From Alphaproteobacteria bacterium (lineage in GTDB: Bacteria; Pseudomonadota; Alphaproteobacteria; SHVP01), in the NCBI GenBank assembly GCA_038148335.1, contig JAYQVF010000004.1, positions 1-50,364 of the forward strand: a DNA stretch of 50,364 nt, given 5' to 3'. Below, piece by piece: positions 35,347-45,146 of this stretch. Below the pieces are notes generated by a model. That model ran no database searches, was not told the DNA's origin, and saw only the letters and a list, made by a program, of their open reading frames with translations. Position numbers and translations under genes: made by a program. Numbering within the stretch: position 1 is the stretch's first letter; the number at the start of each line of letters is the position of its first letter.

Positions 35347-36522
35347 ATGAAACTCGAAGGCGTCAAGGTTCTCGACCTGTCTCTCTTCCTGCCTGGCCCG
35401 GCGGTGTCCCTGATGATGGCCGATCACGGTGCCGAGGTGATCAAGATCGAAAACCCAAAGGCACCCGAACCGACGCGGTTCAAACAATTCTTTCCATGGG
35501 AGCAGGGCGATTCCACCGTCATGTTCCGCACCACCCAGCGCGGCAAGAAGGGGCTCACCCTCAATCTCAAGGATGCCGCGGCGAAAGAGATCCTGATGAA
35601 GCTGGTCAAGGAGGCCGATGTCTTCATCGAATCCTTCCGGCCGGGGGTGATGAAGCGCCTCGGGATCGACTACGACACCTTGCGCAAGGTCAATCCGGGC
35701 ATCGTCTATTGCTCGATGTCGGCTTTCGGTCAGGATGGTCCGTGGCGCGACCGTCCGGCCCACGATACGGCGGCGGTTGCCGCGGCCGGCGTGCTCAGCC
35801 TGACCAAGTCGCCCGATGGCGATTCGGGCCCGGCGATCATCGGTGTCGCCATTTCCGACATGATGTCCTCCCACCTCGCCTTCGGTGGCATCATGATGGC
35901 GCTCTACCGGCGCCAGCAGACCGGGGAAGGCGACTATGTCGACATCAGCATGTTCGAATCCGTCCTCAACGCATCGCCCAACATCGTCGGTCCGGTCTTC
36001 GGTGGCAATCAGGTGCCCGAACGGCTGCGCGAGCGAACCCACGGCGGCAATGCCATGCTCAACATCTACGAACTCAAGGACGGCACCCATCTCGCACTGG
36101 GCGGCGGCGAACACAAGTTCGTCGAGGAACTGTTCAACGGCCTCGGCCGGCCGGAGTTCATCGATCCGGTGACGGGTCCGGCCGGGGAAGGTCATTGGCC
36201 GGCGATCGCGTTTCTCCGCGAGGAGTTCAGGAAGAAGACCCGCGCCGAGTGGGAAACCTGGTTCGAAGGCCGCGACATCTGCTGGATGCCGGTCATGGAC
36301 ATGAAGGAAGCCTGGGACACCGAACAGGTGTGGCAGCGTGAAATGCGGATCAAGGATCCCCAGGGCAACGATCACATGGGTATCCCGATCAAGTTCAAGA
36401 ACGAACCGGGCAAGGTGAACTTCGATCTCCCGGCGGTCGGAGGCCACACCGAGGAGATTCTCAAAGGTCTGGGCTACGGCGACGCGGACATCAAGGCTCT
36501 CAAGGAAGCCGGCGCTGTCTAG
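35347..36522 (+). CDS. family III (CaiB/BaiF) CoA-transferase
   Basis: LEGVKVLDLS..LPGP, RGKK.L.LNLK, ESFRPGVM.RLG, AISD. Confidence 0.93.
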   Translation: MKLEGVKVLDLSLFLPGPAVSLMMADHGAEVIKIENPKAPEPTRFKQFFPWEQGDSTVMFRTTQRGKKGLTLNLKDAAAKEILMKLVKEADVFIESFRPGVMKRLGIDYDTLRKVNPGIVYCSMSAFGQDGPWRDRPAHDTAAVAAAGVLSLTKSPDGDSGPAIIGVAISDMMSSHLAFGGIMMALYRRQQTGEGDYVDISMFESVLNASPNIVGPVFGGNQVPERLRERTHGGNAMLNIYELKDGTHLALGGGEHKFVEELFNGLGRPEFIDPVTGPAGEGHWPAIAFLREEFRKKTRAEWETWFEGRDICWMPVMDMKEAWDTEQVWQREMRIKDPQGNDHMGIPIKFKNEPGKVNFDLPAVGGHTEEILKGLGYGDADIKALKEAGAV

Positions 36523-36543
36523 ACCGGCAGCGGTACGCGTGTC

Positions 36544-37728
36544 GTGACGCCGACAGCCGGCGCGGTCGGCACGCTCGGCAAGACAACGCTGCTCTTTGCC
36601 GCGGTCCTGGCGCCGTTCCAGGCGGCCTCGATCTCCCCCGCCATCCCGGAACTGCTGGCCTATTTCGAAGACCATTCCAACGCGGCATATCTCGCGCGTC
36701 TGGTTCTGGTGATGCCGTCGATCGGCATTGCCCTGTTTGCGCCGTTTGCAGGCGCCGTCATCGATCGCTTCGGACGCCGCCGCTTCCTCATGGCCTCGAT
36801 TACCGCCTACGCCGTTTTCGGCGCGGCAGGCGGGCTGATGGACAGTCTCGAGGCCATTCTGGCGACTCGCTTCATGCTGGGCCTCGCGGCCGGGGGCACG
36901 ATGACGGCCACGGTGACGCTCATGGGCGACTACTTCGACGGCCCGGAGCGGCAGAAGTTTCTCGGTCAACGTACTGCCTTCGTTAATTTCAGCGCCATCG
37001 CCATCAATTTGAGCGGGGGCATGCTGGCCGCGATCGACTGGCGTGTGCCGTTCATTGTTTTCCTGGTAGCATTTGTCCTCGTGCCGCTTGGCCTGCGATC
37101 CTTGCCCGAGCCGGCAGTCACAGCCGAAAGCCGGTCCGGTCTTCGCCTGCGGCTCGCGGACATGCCCCTCGCCTTCATCGCGCTGGTCTTGGTCACGACG
37201 TTCGTCATCAACATCGCGTTCTTTTTCGTGCCGTCGCAGATTCCGTTTTACGTCCGAACACTCGGGTACGAAGGGGCGCAACTCGGGGGTGTGGCGCTGG
37301 CCGCATCGTCGCTCGGCATCGCGCTGGGGTCGCTCCTGTACCATCCGGTGCGCGCCCGCGTGCGCCAGGCGGCAAGCACCTTCGTGCCTGCGGCCCTGCT
37401 TGTCGTCGGCGGCTTCACGATCGTGGCCAGCGCCGACACGCTGCCGCAGCTGATGCCGGGCCTGACGCTGGCCGGACTCGGGTTCGGCATCGTCAACGTC
37501 AACGCGATCGTCTGGCTGATGGAGGGAACGCCCCCGGCAATTCGCGGACGCGTGGTTGGCGGCGTCACGGCCGCGATGATGCTCGGCCACTTCTGCTCGC
37601 CGCTGGTCAGCCAGCCCATCGCAACGGCGGCCGGCATGCCGGCGATCTACCTGACCGGGGCCGTCGGACTGGGTCTGATCGGGCTCGGTTTCGCGCTGAA
37701 CGCGCTGAGGCCGCGCGTCGCGCGCTAG
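36544..37728 (+). CDS. MFS transporter
   Basis: G..IDRFGRR motif A and about 12 hydrophobic segments. Confidence 0.88.
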   Translation: MTPTAGAVGTLGKTTLLFAAVLAPFQAASISPAIPELLAYFEDHSNAAYLARLVLVMPSIGIALFAPFAGAVIDRFGRRRFLMASITAYAVFGAAGGLMDSLEAILATRFMLGLAAGGTMTATVTLMGDYFDGPERQKFLGQRTAFVNFSAIAINLSGGMLAAIDWRVPFIVFLVAFVLVPLGLRSLPEPAVTAESRSGLRLRLADMPLAFIALVLVTTFVINIAFFFVPSQIPFYVRTLGYEGAQLGGVALAASSLGIALGSLLYHPVRARVRQAASTFVPAALLVVGGFTIVASADTLPQLMPGLTLAGLGFGIVNVNAIVWLMEGTPPAIRGRVVGGVTAAMMLGHFCSPLVSQPIATAAGMPAIYLTGAVGLGLIGLGFALNALRPRVAR

Positions 37729-38234
37729 GCCTGCGCCACCACGCCGCGCTTGGCGGCGGCACGCATCCGGCCCGCCGCACGCTTGTCCTTCTGGACGGTG
37801 ATCGGCCCCTTCAGCTCGACGATGTTGCCGTCGGGATCGATGACGTCCATCGCCTTGCCGCTGCCGTCCGCGCCGTAGAGCTTGCGCGTCTCGCCCGCCT
37901 TGACCTTGTGCTTCCGCAGATGCGCGCGGATCGCCTTCTCGTTGAACTTGTCGAGGTTAAGCGCGAAGTGATGCATGTTGCGTCCCTTGAGGGCGGAGGC
38001 GCGGGCCTTCTGGCCGGTTCCCGTCGGCTTCACGGTACGCTTGCCGGGGGCCAGTTGGAGATCGACCATGCTCCGACCGGCGCGCAGTTGCAGCAGGTTA
38101 ATGCGCTCCACAAAGCGCTCCTCCCACATGCCCAGAACCTCGGTGTAGAACTTGCGCGCGCGATCCAGATCCGAAACGAGCAGCACGACATGGTCGATCC
38201 GGTTCGTCGAAATCGGGTTCTTTGCCTTGGCCAT
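37725..38234 (-). CDS. VOC/glyoxalase family protein with basic insert and tail
   Basis: IDHVVL.V.DLDRA..FY..VLG, NMHHFAL, YGADG.G, DPDGNIVELK. Confidence 0.88.
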   Translation of the reverse strand: MAKAKNPISTNRIDHVVLLVSDLDRARKFYTEVLGMWEERFVERINLLQLRAGRSMVDLQLAPGKRTVKPTGTGQKARASALKGRNMHHFALNLDKFNEKAIRAHLRKHKVKAGETRKLYGADGSGKAMDVIDPDGNIVELKGPITVQKDKRAAGRMRAAAKRGVVAQA

Positions 38235-39505
38235 TAGCGCCTCCTGAGCGCGGGGATCTCGTCACGAGCCGCCCGCAGTTCATCGCGGAACTGCGGTGCG
38301 GCGGCGACCTCGATGAGTTGTTCGGCCCGTTCCTGCAGCGGCTTGTTGCGCAGGTCGGCGATGCCGTTCTCGGTGATGACATACTCGACGTCCGCGCGGG
38401 CGACCGACACTGCCGTGCCGGCCGAGAGCGACGGAACGATGCGCGAGGTCTTGCCGTCGGACGTGGTCGACACCAGGGCAATGATCGCGCGGCCGCCCTT
38501 GGACCGCCGCGCCCCGCGCAGGAAGTCGACCAGACCGCCTGCCGAACTGACCTGGTTGCCTTTGATCATTTCCGCGTTCGCCTGGCCGAGAAGGTCGATC
38601 TCGATCGAGGAGTTGATCGCCACCAGATTGTCGATCCCGCCGAGCACCCCGATGTCGTGGGTGTACGTTGCGGGCCGGAAGGAAATCCATGGCTTGTCGG
38701 CGACAAAGTCGTACAGGGCCTGGCTGCCGACGGCGACGCCGGTGCATACGACCGGCCTGTCCCCGGGAGGCGCCATAGCGCCGGTCTGGGCGAGTCCGAT
38801 CAGAGGATCGCAGATCATGCCGCCATGCATCCGCAGGTTCTTGCGGTCGCCCAGCGGTTCCAGCACGGTGGCCTGAATCTTGCCAATCCCGATCTGGATC
38901 GTGTCGCCGTCGCGGATCAGGCTCGCAACGTTCGCGCCGACCTTGCGCAACGCGTCGTTCTCCCCGCCGAGATCGTATTCCAGCAGCGCGGCGCTTCCCT
39001 CGACAATGTAGTCCAGTTGGTCGTAGCGCATCTTGGGCGAGTCCGGCGGCGCCGGCATATTCGGGTTGATGTGGGCGACGAGCTTCTTTGCATGCCCGAC
39101 GATCGACGGCGGGAAGTCGGAGGCAATGCCGAAGCTGCAGTTGCCGTCGGCATCCGGCGGCGAGACGTGCAACAGGGCGAGGTCGAATGCCATGCTCCGA
39201 AGGCACGGCGTCACGTCGGAATAGTGCATCGGCAGGAAGTCGACCTTGCCGGCCGCGAAGGACTTGCGCAGTGCCGGCGTTACGAAGAACGACGTGGCCC
39301 GGGCCTCTTCGTGCAGCGCGGCGTAGTCCACCTTGTTGACCCCGGGGATCCAGACCCCGACGAAATGCACGCCGGCACAGGCATCGGCGTGCCGCTGCAG
39401 GACATCTGCGAACAGCAGCGATTCGCCCGCGCAATTGGGCGTATAGACCGTCATGCCGGGCTTGAATAGCGAGGGGAGGGCGTCAGGGGCGATAGATTGG
39501 GGCAT
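38234..39505 (-). CDS. acetyl-CoA hydrolase/transferase (4-hydroxybutyrate CoA-transferase-like) family protein
   Basis: VSPPD.DG.CS.G, DGDTIQ.GIG, INS.IE.DL.GQ, GG..DF.RGA..SKGG, TENG.ADL. Confidence 0.9.
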   Translation of the reverse strand: MPQSIAPDALPSLFKPGMTVYTPNCAGESLLFADVLQRHADACAGVHFVGVWIPGVNKVDYAALHEEARATSFFVTPALRKSFAAGKVDFLPMHYSDVTPCLRSMAFDLALLHVSPPDADGNCSFGIASDFPPSIVGHAKKLVAHINPNMPAPPDSPKMRYDQLDYIVEGSAALLEYDLGGENDALRKVGANVASLIRDGDTIQIGIGKIQATVLEPLGDRKNLRMHGGMICDPLIGLAQTGAMAPPGDRPVVCTGVAVGSQALYDFVADKPWISFRPATYTHDIGVLGGIDNLVAINSSIEIDLLGQANAEMIKGNQVSSAGGLVDFLRGARRSKGGRAIIALVSTTSDGKTSRIVPSLSAGTAVSVARADVEYVITENGIADLRNKPLQERAEQLIEVAAAPQFRDELRAARDEIPALRRR

Positions 39506-39582
39506 ACGTACGCTCGATTGTCTTTGTCCGGCCCTATGTTACCATCCCGCCGCTCCGCGTCGATCCGGCCATCTGCGATTTC

Positions 39583-40923
39583 ATGAACGATCCGAGCCTC
39601 ACCGAGCAACTGATCGCGTTGCTTCATCGTCCCATCACGCAGGACGACCGTGCGCGTGCGTCGCTGCACGTCCTTGACTGGATCGCCTGTGCGGTGATCG
39701 GCGCCAACACGCCGCCGGGCGAGGTCATGAAGGACTATGGACGTTTCGAGCCCGGCGGATCGTGCAAGGCGATCGGCGTGGGCGACGTGCGTCCCGAGAC
39801 GGCTGCCTTCGTCAACGGCGCCTTCGGCAATGTGCTCGAGATGGACGACATCCACCGGACGTCGGTCTTGCATCCCGGGCCGGTCGTCATTCCCGCCGCG
39901 CTGGCGGCAGCCCAGTCGACCGGTGCTGAAACGCGCGACTTCCTCGATGCGCTGATCCGTGGCTACGAGGTCGTGGTGCGAATTGGCGCGTCCGTCGGGC
40001 TTGGCCACTACAAGTTCTTCCACAACACGGCGACCTGTGGTCCGTTCGGCGCCGCGGCCGCGGCGGGCAGCGTGCTGGGTCTGGACGACGGCCAGCTCGC
40101 CGATGCGCTCGGCAATGCAGGCACCCTCGCGGGTGGCCTGTGGCAACTGCGCAACGAGAACGTCATGTCCAAGCAGTTGCACAATGCAACCGCGGCGCGC
40201 GGCGGCTACCTGGCGGCCAACCTGGCGCAGCGCGGCCTGACCGGCCCCCGCTACATTCTCGAAGGGCCGCAGGGTTTCTATGCCGCGATGTGCCCGGATG
40301 CGAATCCGTCCGCGGTGACGGCCAATCCCGAAGCGCCGTGGATGGTCTACGACACCAGTTTCAAGCCGTGGCCGGCGTGCCGCCATGCGCATCCGACGAT
40401 CGACGCCGCCCTGTTGTTGCGCGACCGTGTGCCGGACCCCGGTAGGATCGAGCGCGTCACGGTGCGGACCTACGGCGATGCCGTCGCCTTCTGCGACCGG
40501 CCTGAGCCGAAGACGGTGGTCGATGCAAAGTTCAGTCTGCAGCACGTCTTTGCCGTCGTGATGCTGCAGGGCCGACCGACGCTTGAGTCGTTCGAACCGA
40601 AGACCTTTCATCTCGAAACCATGGCTGGACTTCGCGAAAAGGTCGCAGTAGAGGCAGCGCAGCCTTACGACGGTGCGTTTCCGCAGCACTACGGGGCCGA
40701 AGTGGAGGTCTGGGGCGCCAACGGGCTTCACGAGAAAGCGGCGGTGACCGATGCGCTCGGCGATCCCGGGAACCCGGTGGCCGACGAAACCGTGGTCGAC
40801 AAGGCCCGACAGCTGATGACTGCGGCCGGATTGCCCGACGCGAAGGCAGAGGCCATAGTGCGGAAAACACTGGCCTTGGGTCGCGGCGGAAGCATCGAAG
40901 AAGTCACTGAGCTGCTGCCTTAG
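39583..40923 (+). CDS. MmgE/PrpD family protein
   Basis: NG....LEMDD.H....HP, FH.T...G.FGA, FKPWP.CRH.H, AKFS. Confidence 0.9.
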   Translation: MNDPSLTEQLIALLHRPITQDDRARASLHVLDWIACAVIGANTPPGEVMKDYGRFEPGGSCKAIGVGDVRPETAAFVNGAFGNVLEMDDIHRTSVLHPGPVVIPAALAAAQSTGAETRDFLDALIRGYEVVVRIGASVGLGHYKFFHNTATCGPFGAAAAAGSVLGLDDGQLADALGNAGTLAGGLWQLRNENVMSKQLHNATAARGGYLAANLAQRGLTGPRYILEGPQGFYAAMCPDANPSAVTANPEAPWMVYDTSFKPWPACRHAHPTIDAALLLRDRVPDPGRIERVTVRTYGDAVAFCDRPEPKTVVDAKFSLQHVFAVVMLQGRPTLESFEPKTFHLETMAGLREKVAVEAAQPYDGAFPQHYGAEVEVWGANGLHEKAAVTDALGDPGNPVADETVVDKARQLMTAAGLPDAKAEAIVRKTLALGRGGSIEEVTELLP

Positions 40924-40951
40924 CCGAAAAGATAAAAGAGGGGAGATTGGC

Positions 40952-42343
40952 ATGTCCGCCGCACAGGAAATCGGCGAAGGCGCAAACCCGGCCGAAACGC
41001 TTTCCGCGCACGTCGCGCGCACGCGATACGAAGACCTGCCGCCCGAGGCAATCAAGGCGGCGAAGACCTTCATCCTCGATTCGATCGGCGTCGGGGTTGC
41101 CGGGTCGGACGGTCCCTGGATTCACCAGCTCATCGAAACCGTCAAGAAATGGGGAACCGGCGCCGAAGCGCGTGTCTTCGTGCATGGGACGCGTCTTCCC
41201 GCGACCTCCGCGGCGATTGTCAACGCCTACCAGATCCATTGCCTCGAATACGACTGCGTCAACGAGGACGCGGTCATTCACCCGATGGCGACGATTCTCG
41301 GCGCCGTGTCCGCCGAGGCGGATCGCGCCGGCGGGTGTTCCGGCAAGGACATGATCCTGGCCGTCGCGCTGGGCGTCGATGCTTCCTGCGTGCTTGGCGT
41401 GTCGTCACGGGCGCCGATGCGGTTCTTCCGTCCGTCGACCGCCGGGGCCTTTGGCGCAACCGCCGCGATTGCCAAGATGCGCGGCCTCGATGCAGAGACC
41501 CTGATCAACGCGTTCGGGGCAACCTACGGCCAGATTTCCGGCACGCTCGCGCCGCACCGCGAAGGCTCGCCGGTGCTCGGCATGCAGATCGGTTTCTGTG
41601 CCCGCGGCGCCATCTCGGCGTGCGACCTGGCGCAGTCGGGTCTTGTCGGTCCCCACGAGGTGATCACCGGGATGTACGGCTACCTGCCGATGTACGAAGG
41701 CGCGTACGACCACGAAGCGGCCTTCGCCTCGCTCGGCAAGCACTGGCAGATCACACGCGTGTCGCACAAGCCGTTTCCCTCGGGGCGCCTGACCCACGGC
41801 GTCGTCGACGGCATCCAGCAACTGCGGGAGCGCGAAGGTCTGACGGCCGACCAGGTTGACCGTATGGTTGCCAAGGTGCCGCCGCTGGCCTATCGCCTGA
41901 CCGGTCGGCCCGATATCCCGAATCCGGAGCCCAACTACGCCAAGCTCTGTATTCCGTTCGTTGCCGCGACCGCGCTGCTCGAAGGAACGGTCGACGTGCA
42001 GCATTTCAAGGGCGACTGGTTGCGCAACCCGGCGGTCCACGATATCGCCGCGCGCGTCGAACCGGTGGAGGACAACAATCCCAATACCAACGCCGTCGCG
42101 CCGCAGCGGCTTGAGGTCTATCTCAAGGACGGGCGGATGCTGGCGGTCGACATGCCGCAGATCTTCGGCCATCCGGAGAACCCGCTGTCCTACGAACAGA
42201 ACGTCGGCAAGTTCAAGCGCGCCTGGGCCGCCGCGGCACGGCCGCTGGGCGAAGATCGTGCCGACCAGCTCGTCGACCTTGTCGACAATCTCGAAAACGT
42301 CGACGACATCCGTACCCTTCTTGATCTGACGATGGCTTCCTGA
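40952..42343 (+). CDS. MmgE/PrpD family protein
   Basis: Y.DLP, ILD.IGV..AG, NA...H.LEYD......HP, KPFPSGR.TH, GHP.NPL. Confidence 0.9.
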   Translation: MSAAQEIGEGANPAETLSAHVARTRYEDLPPEAIKAAKTFILDSIGVGVAGSDGPWIHQLIETVKKWGTGAEARVFVHGTRLPATSAAIVNAYQIHCLEYDCVNEDAVIHPMATILGAVSAEADRAGGCSGKDMILAVALGVDASCVLGVSSRAPMRFFRPSTAGAFGATAAIAKMRGLDAETLINAFGATYGQISGTLAPHREGSPVLGMQIGFCARGAISACDLAQSGLVGPHEVITGMYGYLPMYEGAYDHEAAFASLGKHWQITRVSHKPFPSGRLTHGVVDGIQQLREREGLTADQVDRMVAKVPPLAYRLTGRPDIPNPEPNYAKLCIPFVAATALLEGTVDVQHFKGDWLRNPAVHDIAARVEPVEDNNPNTNAVAPQRLEVYLKDGRMLAVDMPQIFGHPENPLSYEQNVGKFKRAWAAAARPLGEDRADQLVDLVDNLENVDDIRTLLDLTMAS

Positions 42344-43737
42344 TGACGAATCCGACCTATTTTCAGGCGCTCGACTACGAGCGCATGGTTCGCGAATACC
42401 CGATCGGCGACGACTTCGAACGCCTGATGAAGACCATCAGTCGCGACGAGCTTCACGCCTTGCAGGAGAAGCGGTTCCTGAAGCTGGTCGAGCGCGGCTG
42501 GCAGATTCCCTTCTACAAGCGCCTGTGGTCGGCCGCCGGCCTGGAATCCGGCGACATCAAGCGGCTCGAGGACAGCGTCAAGATTCCGAGCTATTCCAAG
42601 TCCGACCTCATGAAGAGCATCGAGGAGCATCCGCCCTTCGGCGATTTCCACGGGATGGAACTTTATGCCAAGGACAAGCGTCCGCCGGTCGTGTTCCACA
42701 CCACCTCGGGGACGACCGGGACCCCACAGAACCTGTTCTTCGGCCCGTGGTCGCGCGAACTCCAGAACGTCATGCTGGCGCGCGCCTACCATATTCAAGG
42801 AATCGGGCCGGACGACGTCGTTCATTCGGTCTACGGCCACGGCATGATTAACGGCGGTCACTACGTGCGAGAGACCTTCGTGCATTTCAGTCCGGCGCTC
42901 TACCTGTCGGCCGGTACGGGCAACGAGACGCGGTCGGTCCAGCAGGTGCAGAACATGGCGCGCTTCGGCGTCACGGTGATCGTCGGCTTCGCCGACTACA
43001 TCGTGAAACTGGCCCAGGTCGCGCGCGAAGAAGGTCTGGAGCCGGGCAAAGACATCCCGGTCCGGATGATCGTCGGCCACATGGGCCGAGAAAGCCGCGA
43101 GTCGATCTCGCAGGCCTGGGGCGGGGCGGAAATCTACGATCTCTACGGCGTAGGCGACACGGGCATCGTGGCGTTCGAGGCGGGCGACCGCGAGGGGATG
43201 TACGTCCACGAGGACGCCTACGTCCTCGACCTCGCCGATCATGATACCGGCGCCAATGTCCCGGACGGGCGCGAAGGCAACATGATCATCACCGTCCTGT
43301 TCAAGGACGACATCTATCCCGTGATTCGCTTCAATACCAATGACGTCACCGCCTACGACACGCGCGAATCCTCGCTCGGCTATTCGTTCCGGCGCATCAA
43401 GGGCTTCCTCGGGCGCAGCGACAACATGGTCAAGCTGCGCGGCATCAACCTCTATCCGATCGCGATCGGCGCCATCGCCAACGAGCATCCGGCGGCGACC
43501 GGCGAGTACATCTGCCGGGCAGAACGCGACGCGGCGGGCCGCGACGAGATGACCATCACGGTCGAGGTCAAGAACCCGGCCAATGCTGCGATCCGCGATC
43601 AGATCGCCGGAGAACTGAAGACCCGGCTCGGCATTGCGATCAACGTGGAGATCGTTCCCATCGGCGCCACGGCGGAGCTGACCCAGGTTGAAAAGCGCCA
43701 GAAGGCCATCCGCCTGATCGACAATCGTTTCAAGTAG
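42343..43737 (+). CDS. phenylacetate-CoA ligase (PaaK)-like adenylate-forming enzyme
   Basis: TTSGTTGTP, D.YG..D, P.IRF.T.D, GRSDNMVK.RG.N.YP. Confidence 0.88.
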   Translation: MTNPTYFQALDYERMVREYPIGDDFERLMKTISRDELHALQEKRFLKLVERGWQIPFYKRLWSAAGLESGDIKRLEDSVKIPSYSKSDLMKSIEEHPPFGDFHGMELYAKDKRPPVVFHTTSGTTGTPQNLFFGPWSRELQNVMLARAYHIQGIGPDDVVHSVYGHGMINGGHYVRETFVHFSPALYLSAGTGNETRSVQQVQNMARFGVTVIVGFADYIVKLAQVAREEGLEPGKDIPVRMIVGHMGRESRESISQAWGGAEIYDLYGVGDTGIVAFEAGDREGMYVHEDAYVLDLADHDTGANVPDGREGNMIITVLFKDDIYPVIRFNTNDVTAYDTRESSLGYSFRRIKGFLGRSDNMVKLRGINLYPIAIGAIANEHPAATGEYICRAERDAAGRDEMTITVEVKNPANAAIRDQIAGELKTRLGIAINVEIVPIGATAELTQVEKRQKAIRLIDNRFK

Positions 43738-43751
43738 GCGGTGCGCCACCC

Positions 43752-45146
43752 GTGGCCGGGCTCGACATCTTTGCGCATGATCTGGTTGGGTGGTCCCGGC
43801 GCTTGCACGCGGGCGAGAAGAGCGCAGCTGATCTGACGGAGGCCTGCCTCGCCCGGATCGCGGCGCATGACGACCGCCTGAACGTGTTCACGACGCTCAC
43901 TGCCGATGCGGCACGCATCGCCGCCGCCGAATCGGATCGGCGGCGCAAGGCAGGAACCGCGCGTGGCCTCTTGGATGGCATCCCCGTCGCGCTCAAGGAC
44001 AATATCGACCTCGCCGGTACGCTGGCGACCGCGGGCATGGCGTCGCGCAAGGGCGTGATGTCGGACAGCGATGCCTTTGTAACGCAGCGGTTGCGATCGG
44101 CAGGCGCCGTCATTCTCGGCAAGGTGAACATGCACGAGGCGGCGCTCGGCGCGACAAACGAAAGCCCGCTCTACGGACGCACTTACAACCCCCATCGTGC
44201 CGGCTTTACCCCTGGCGGTTCGAGCGGCGGCTCGGGCGCCGCGGTAGCCGCTGGGTTCTGCCTGGCGGCGCTCGGCACCGACACGCTCGGTTCGGTGCGC
44301 ATTCCCGCCGCCTATTGCGGCGTGGCCGGTATCAAGCCGACGCGCGGCCTCGTTTCGCCGTGCGGCGTGGTGCCGCTGTCCTGGACGTTTGACCACGTCG
44401 GACCGCTGGCCCGCTCGGTGCGCGATCTCGGCGTCCTGCTCGACATCATCGCGGGGCCGGACTCCGGCTGTGCGGAATCGGTGCTGGCGCCGGCTGTCAC
44501 CAGCTACGACCCGGGCGAGGCAACGCGCTTGACCGGCGTTCGCCTGGGGCGGCTCGCCGATCTCAACGCAGCCGGGGTCGAGCCGGCGGTCGAGACGGCC
44601 TTCATGGCGGCGCTCGATGTCTTGACCGGCCTCGGCGCTGAAATCGTGCCGATTTCGCTCGAGGGCTACGACTATGGCCGCATGCGCCGGGCCGGCCTGA
44701 TCATTGTCGAGGCCGAAGGCGCGATCGCCCATGCCGACGATCTGGCAGCGCGTCCGGATCAGCTCTCGGACGACTTTCGCGCAATGATCGCTTTTGGCGC
44801 CGGCTTGCCGGCAACGAAGCTCGTCAAAGCACAGCGCGAAATCGCGGCAGCCTCGTTGACGGTGGCCAGAGCGCTCGATGGCCTCGATGCGCTGGTGTTG
44901 CCGACGGCGCCGCAGACGGCCTTCGATTTTGCCGACGGTGTTCCTGCCAACCAGGCTGATTTCACCTCGATCGCGAACCTGACCGACCGCCCCGCCGTGT
45001 CGGTACCGATGGGGTTTGCGCCGAACGATCTGCCGTTGGGTCTTCAGTTTCTGGGGGCACGCTTTGGCGAAGCGGCGCTTCTACGGTTTGCCCGGGCCTA
45101 CGAACTTGCCGCGGACCACGACATGCGCCCGCGCGAGGGTCTCTAG
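43752..45146 (+). CDS. amidase signature family protein
   Basis: LDGIPVALKDNI, GGSSGGS, GTDT.GSVRIPA. Confidence 0.93.
   Translation: MAGLDIFAHDLVGWSRRLHAGEKSAADLTEACLARIAAHDDRLNVFTTLTADAARIAAAESDRRRKAGTARGLLDGIPVALKDNIDLAGTLATAGMASRKGVMSDSDAFVTQRLRSAGAVILGKVNMHEAALGATNESPLYGRTYNPHRAGFTPGGSSGGSGAAVAAGFCLAALGTDTLGSVRIPAAYCGVAGIKPTRGLVSPCGVVPLSWTFDHVGPLARSVRDLGVLLDIIAGPDSGCAESVLAPAVTSYDPGEATRLTGVRLGRLADLNAAGVEPAVETAFMAALDVLTGLGAEIVPISLEGYDYGRMRRAGLIIVEAEGAIAHADDLAARPDQLSDDFRAMIAFGAGLPATKLVKAQREIAAASLTVARALDGLDALVLPTAPQTAFDFADGVPANQADFTSIANLTDRPAVSVPMGFAPNDLPLGLQFLGARFGEAALLRFARAYELAADHDMRPREGL

Noticed and set aside
32282-35347. 1021-aa minus-strand ORF, and similar long ORFs at 35329-37590, 25957-27822, 48481-50307, 42190-43749 and 870-2216
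   Set aside because: Antisense shadows of well-supported genes; expected from high-GC codon bias; no recognisable motifs.
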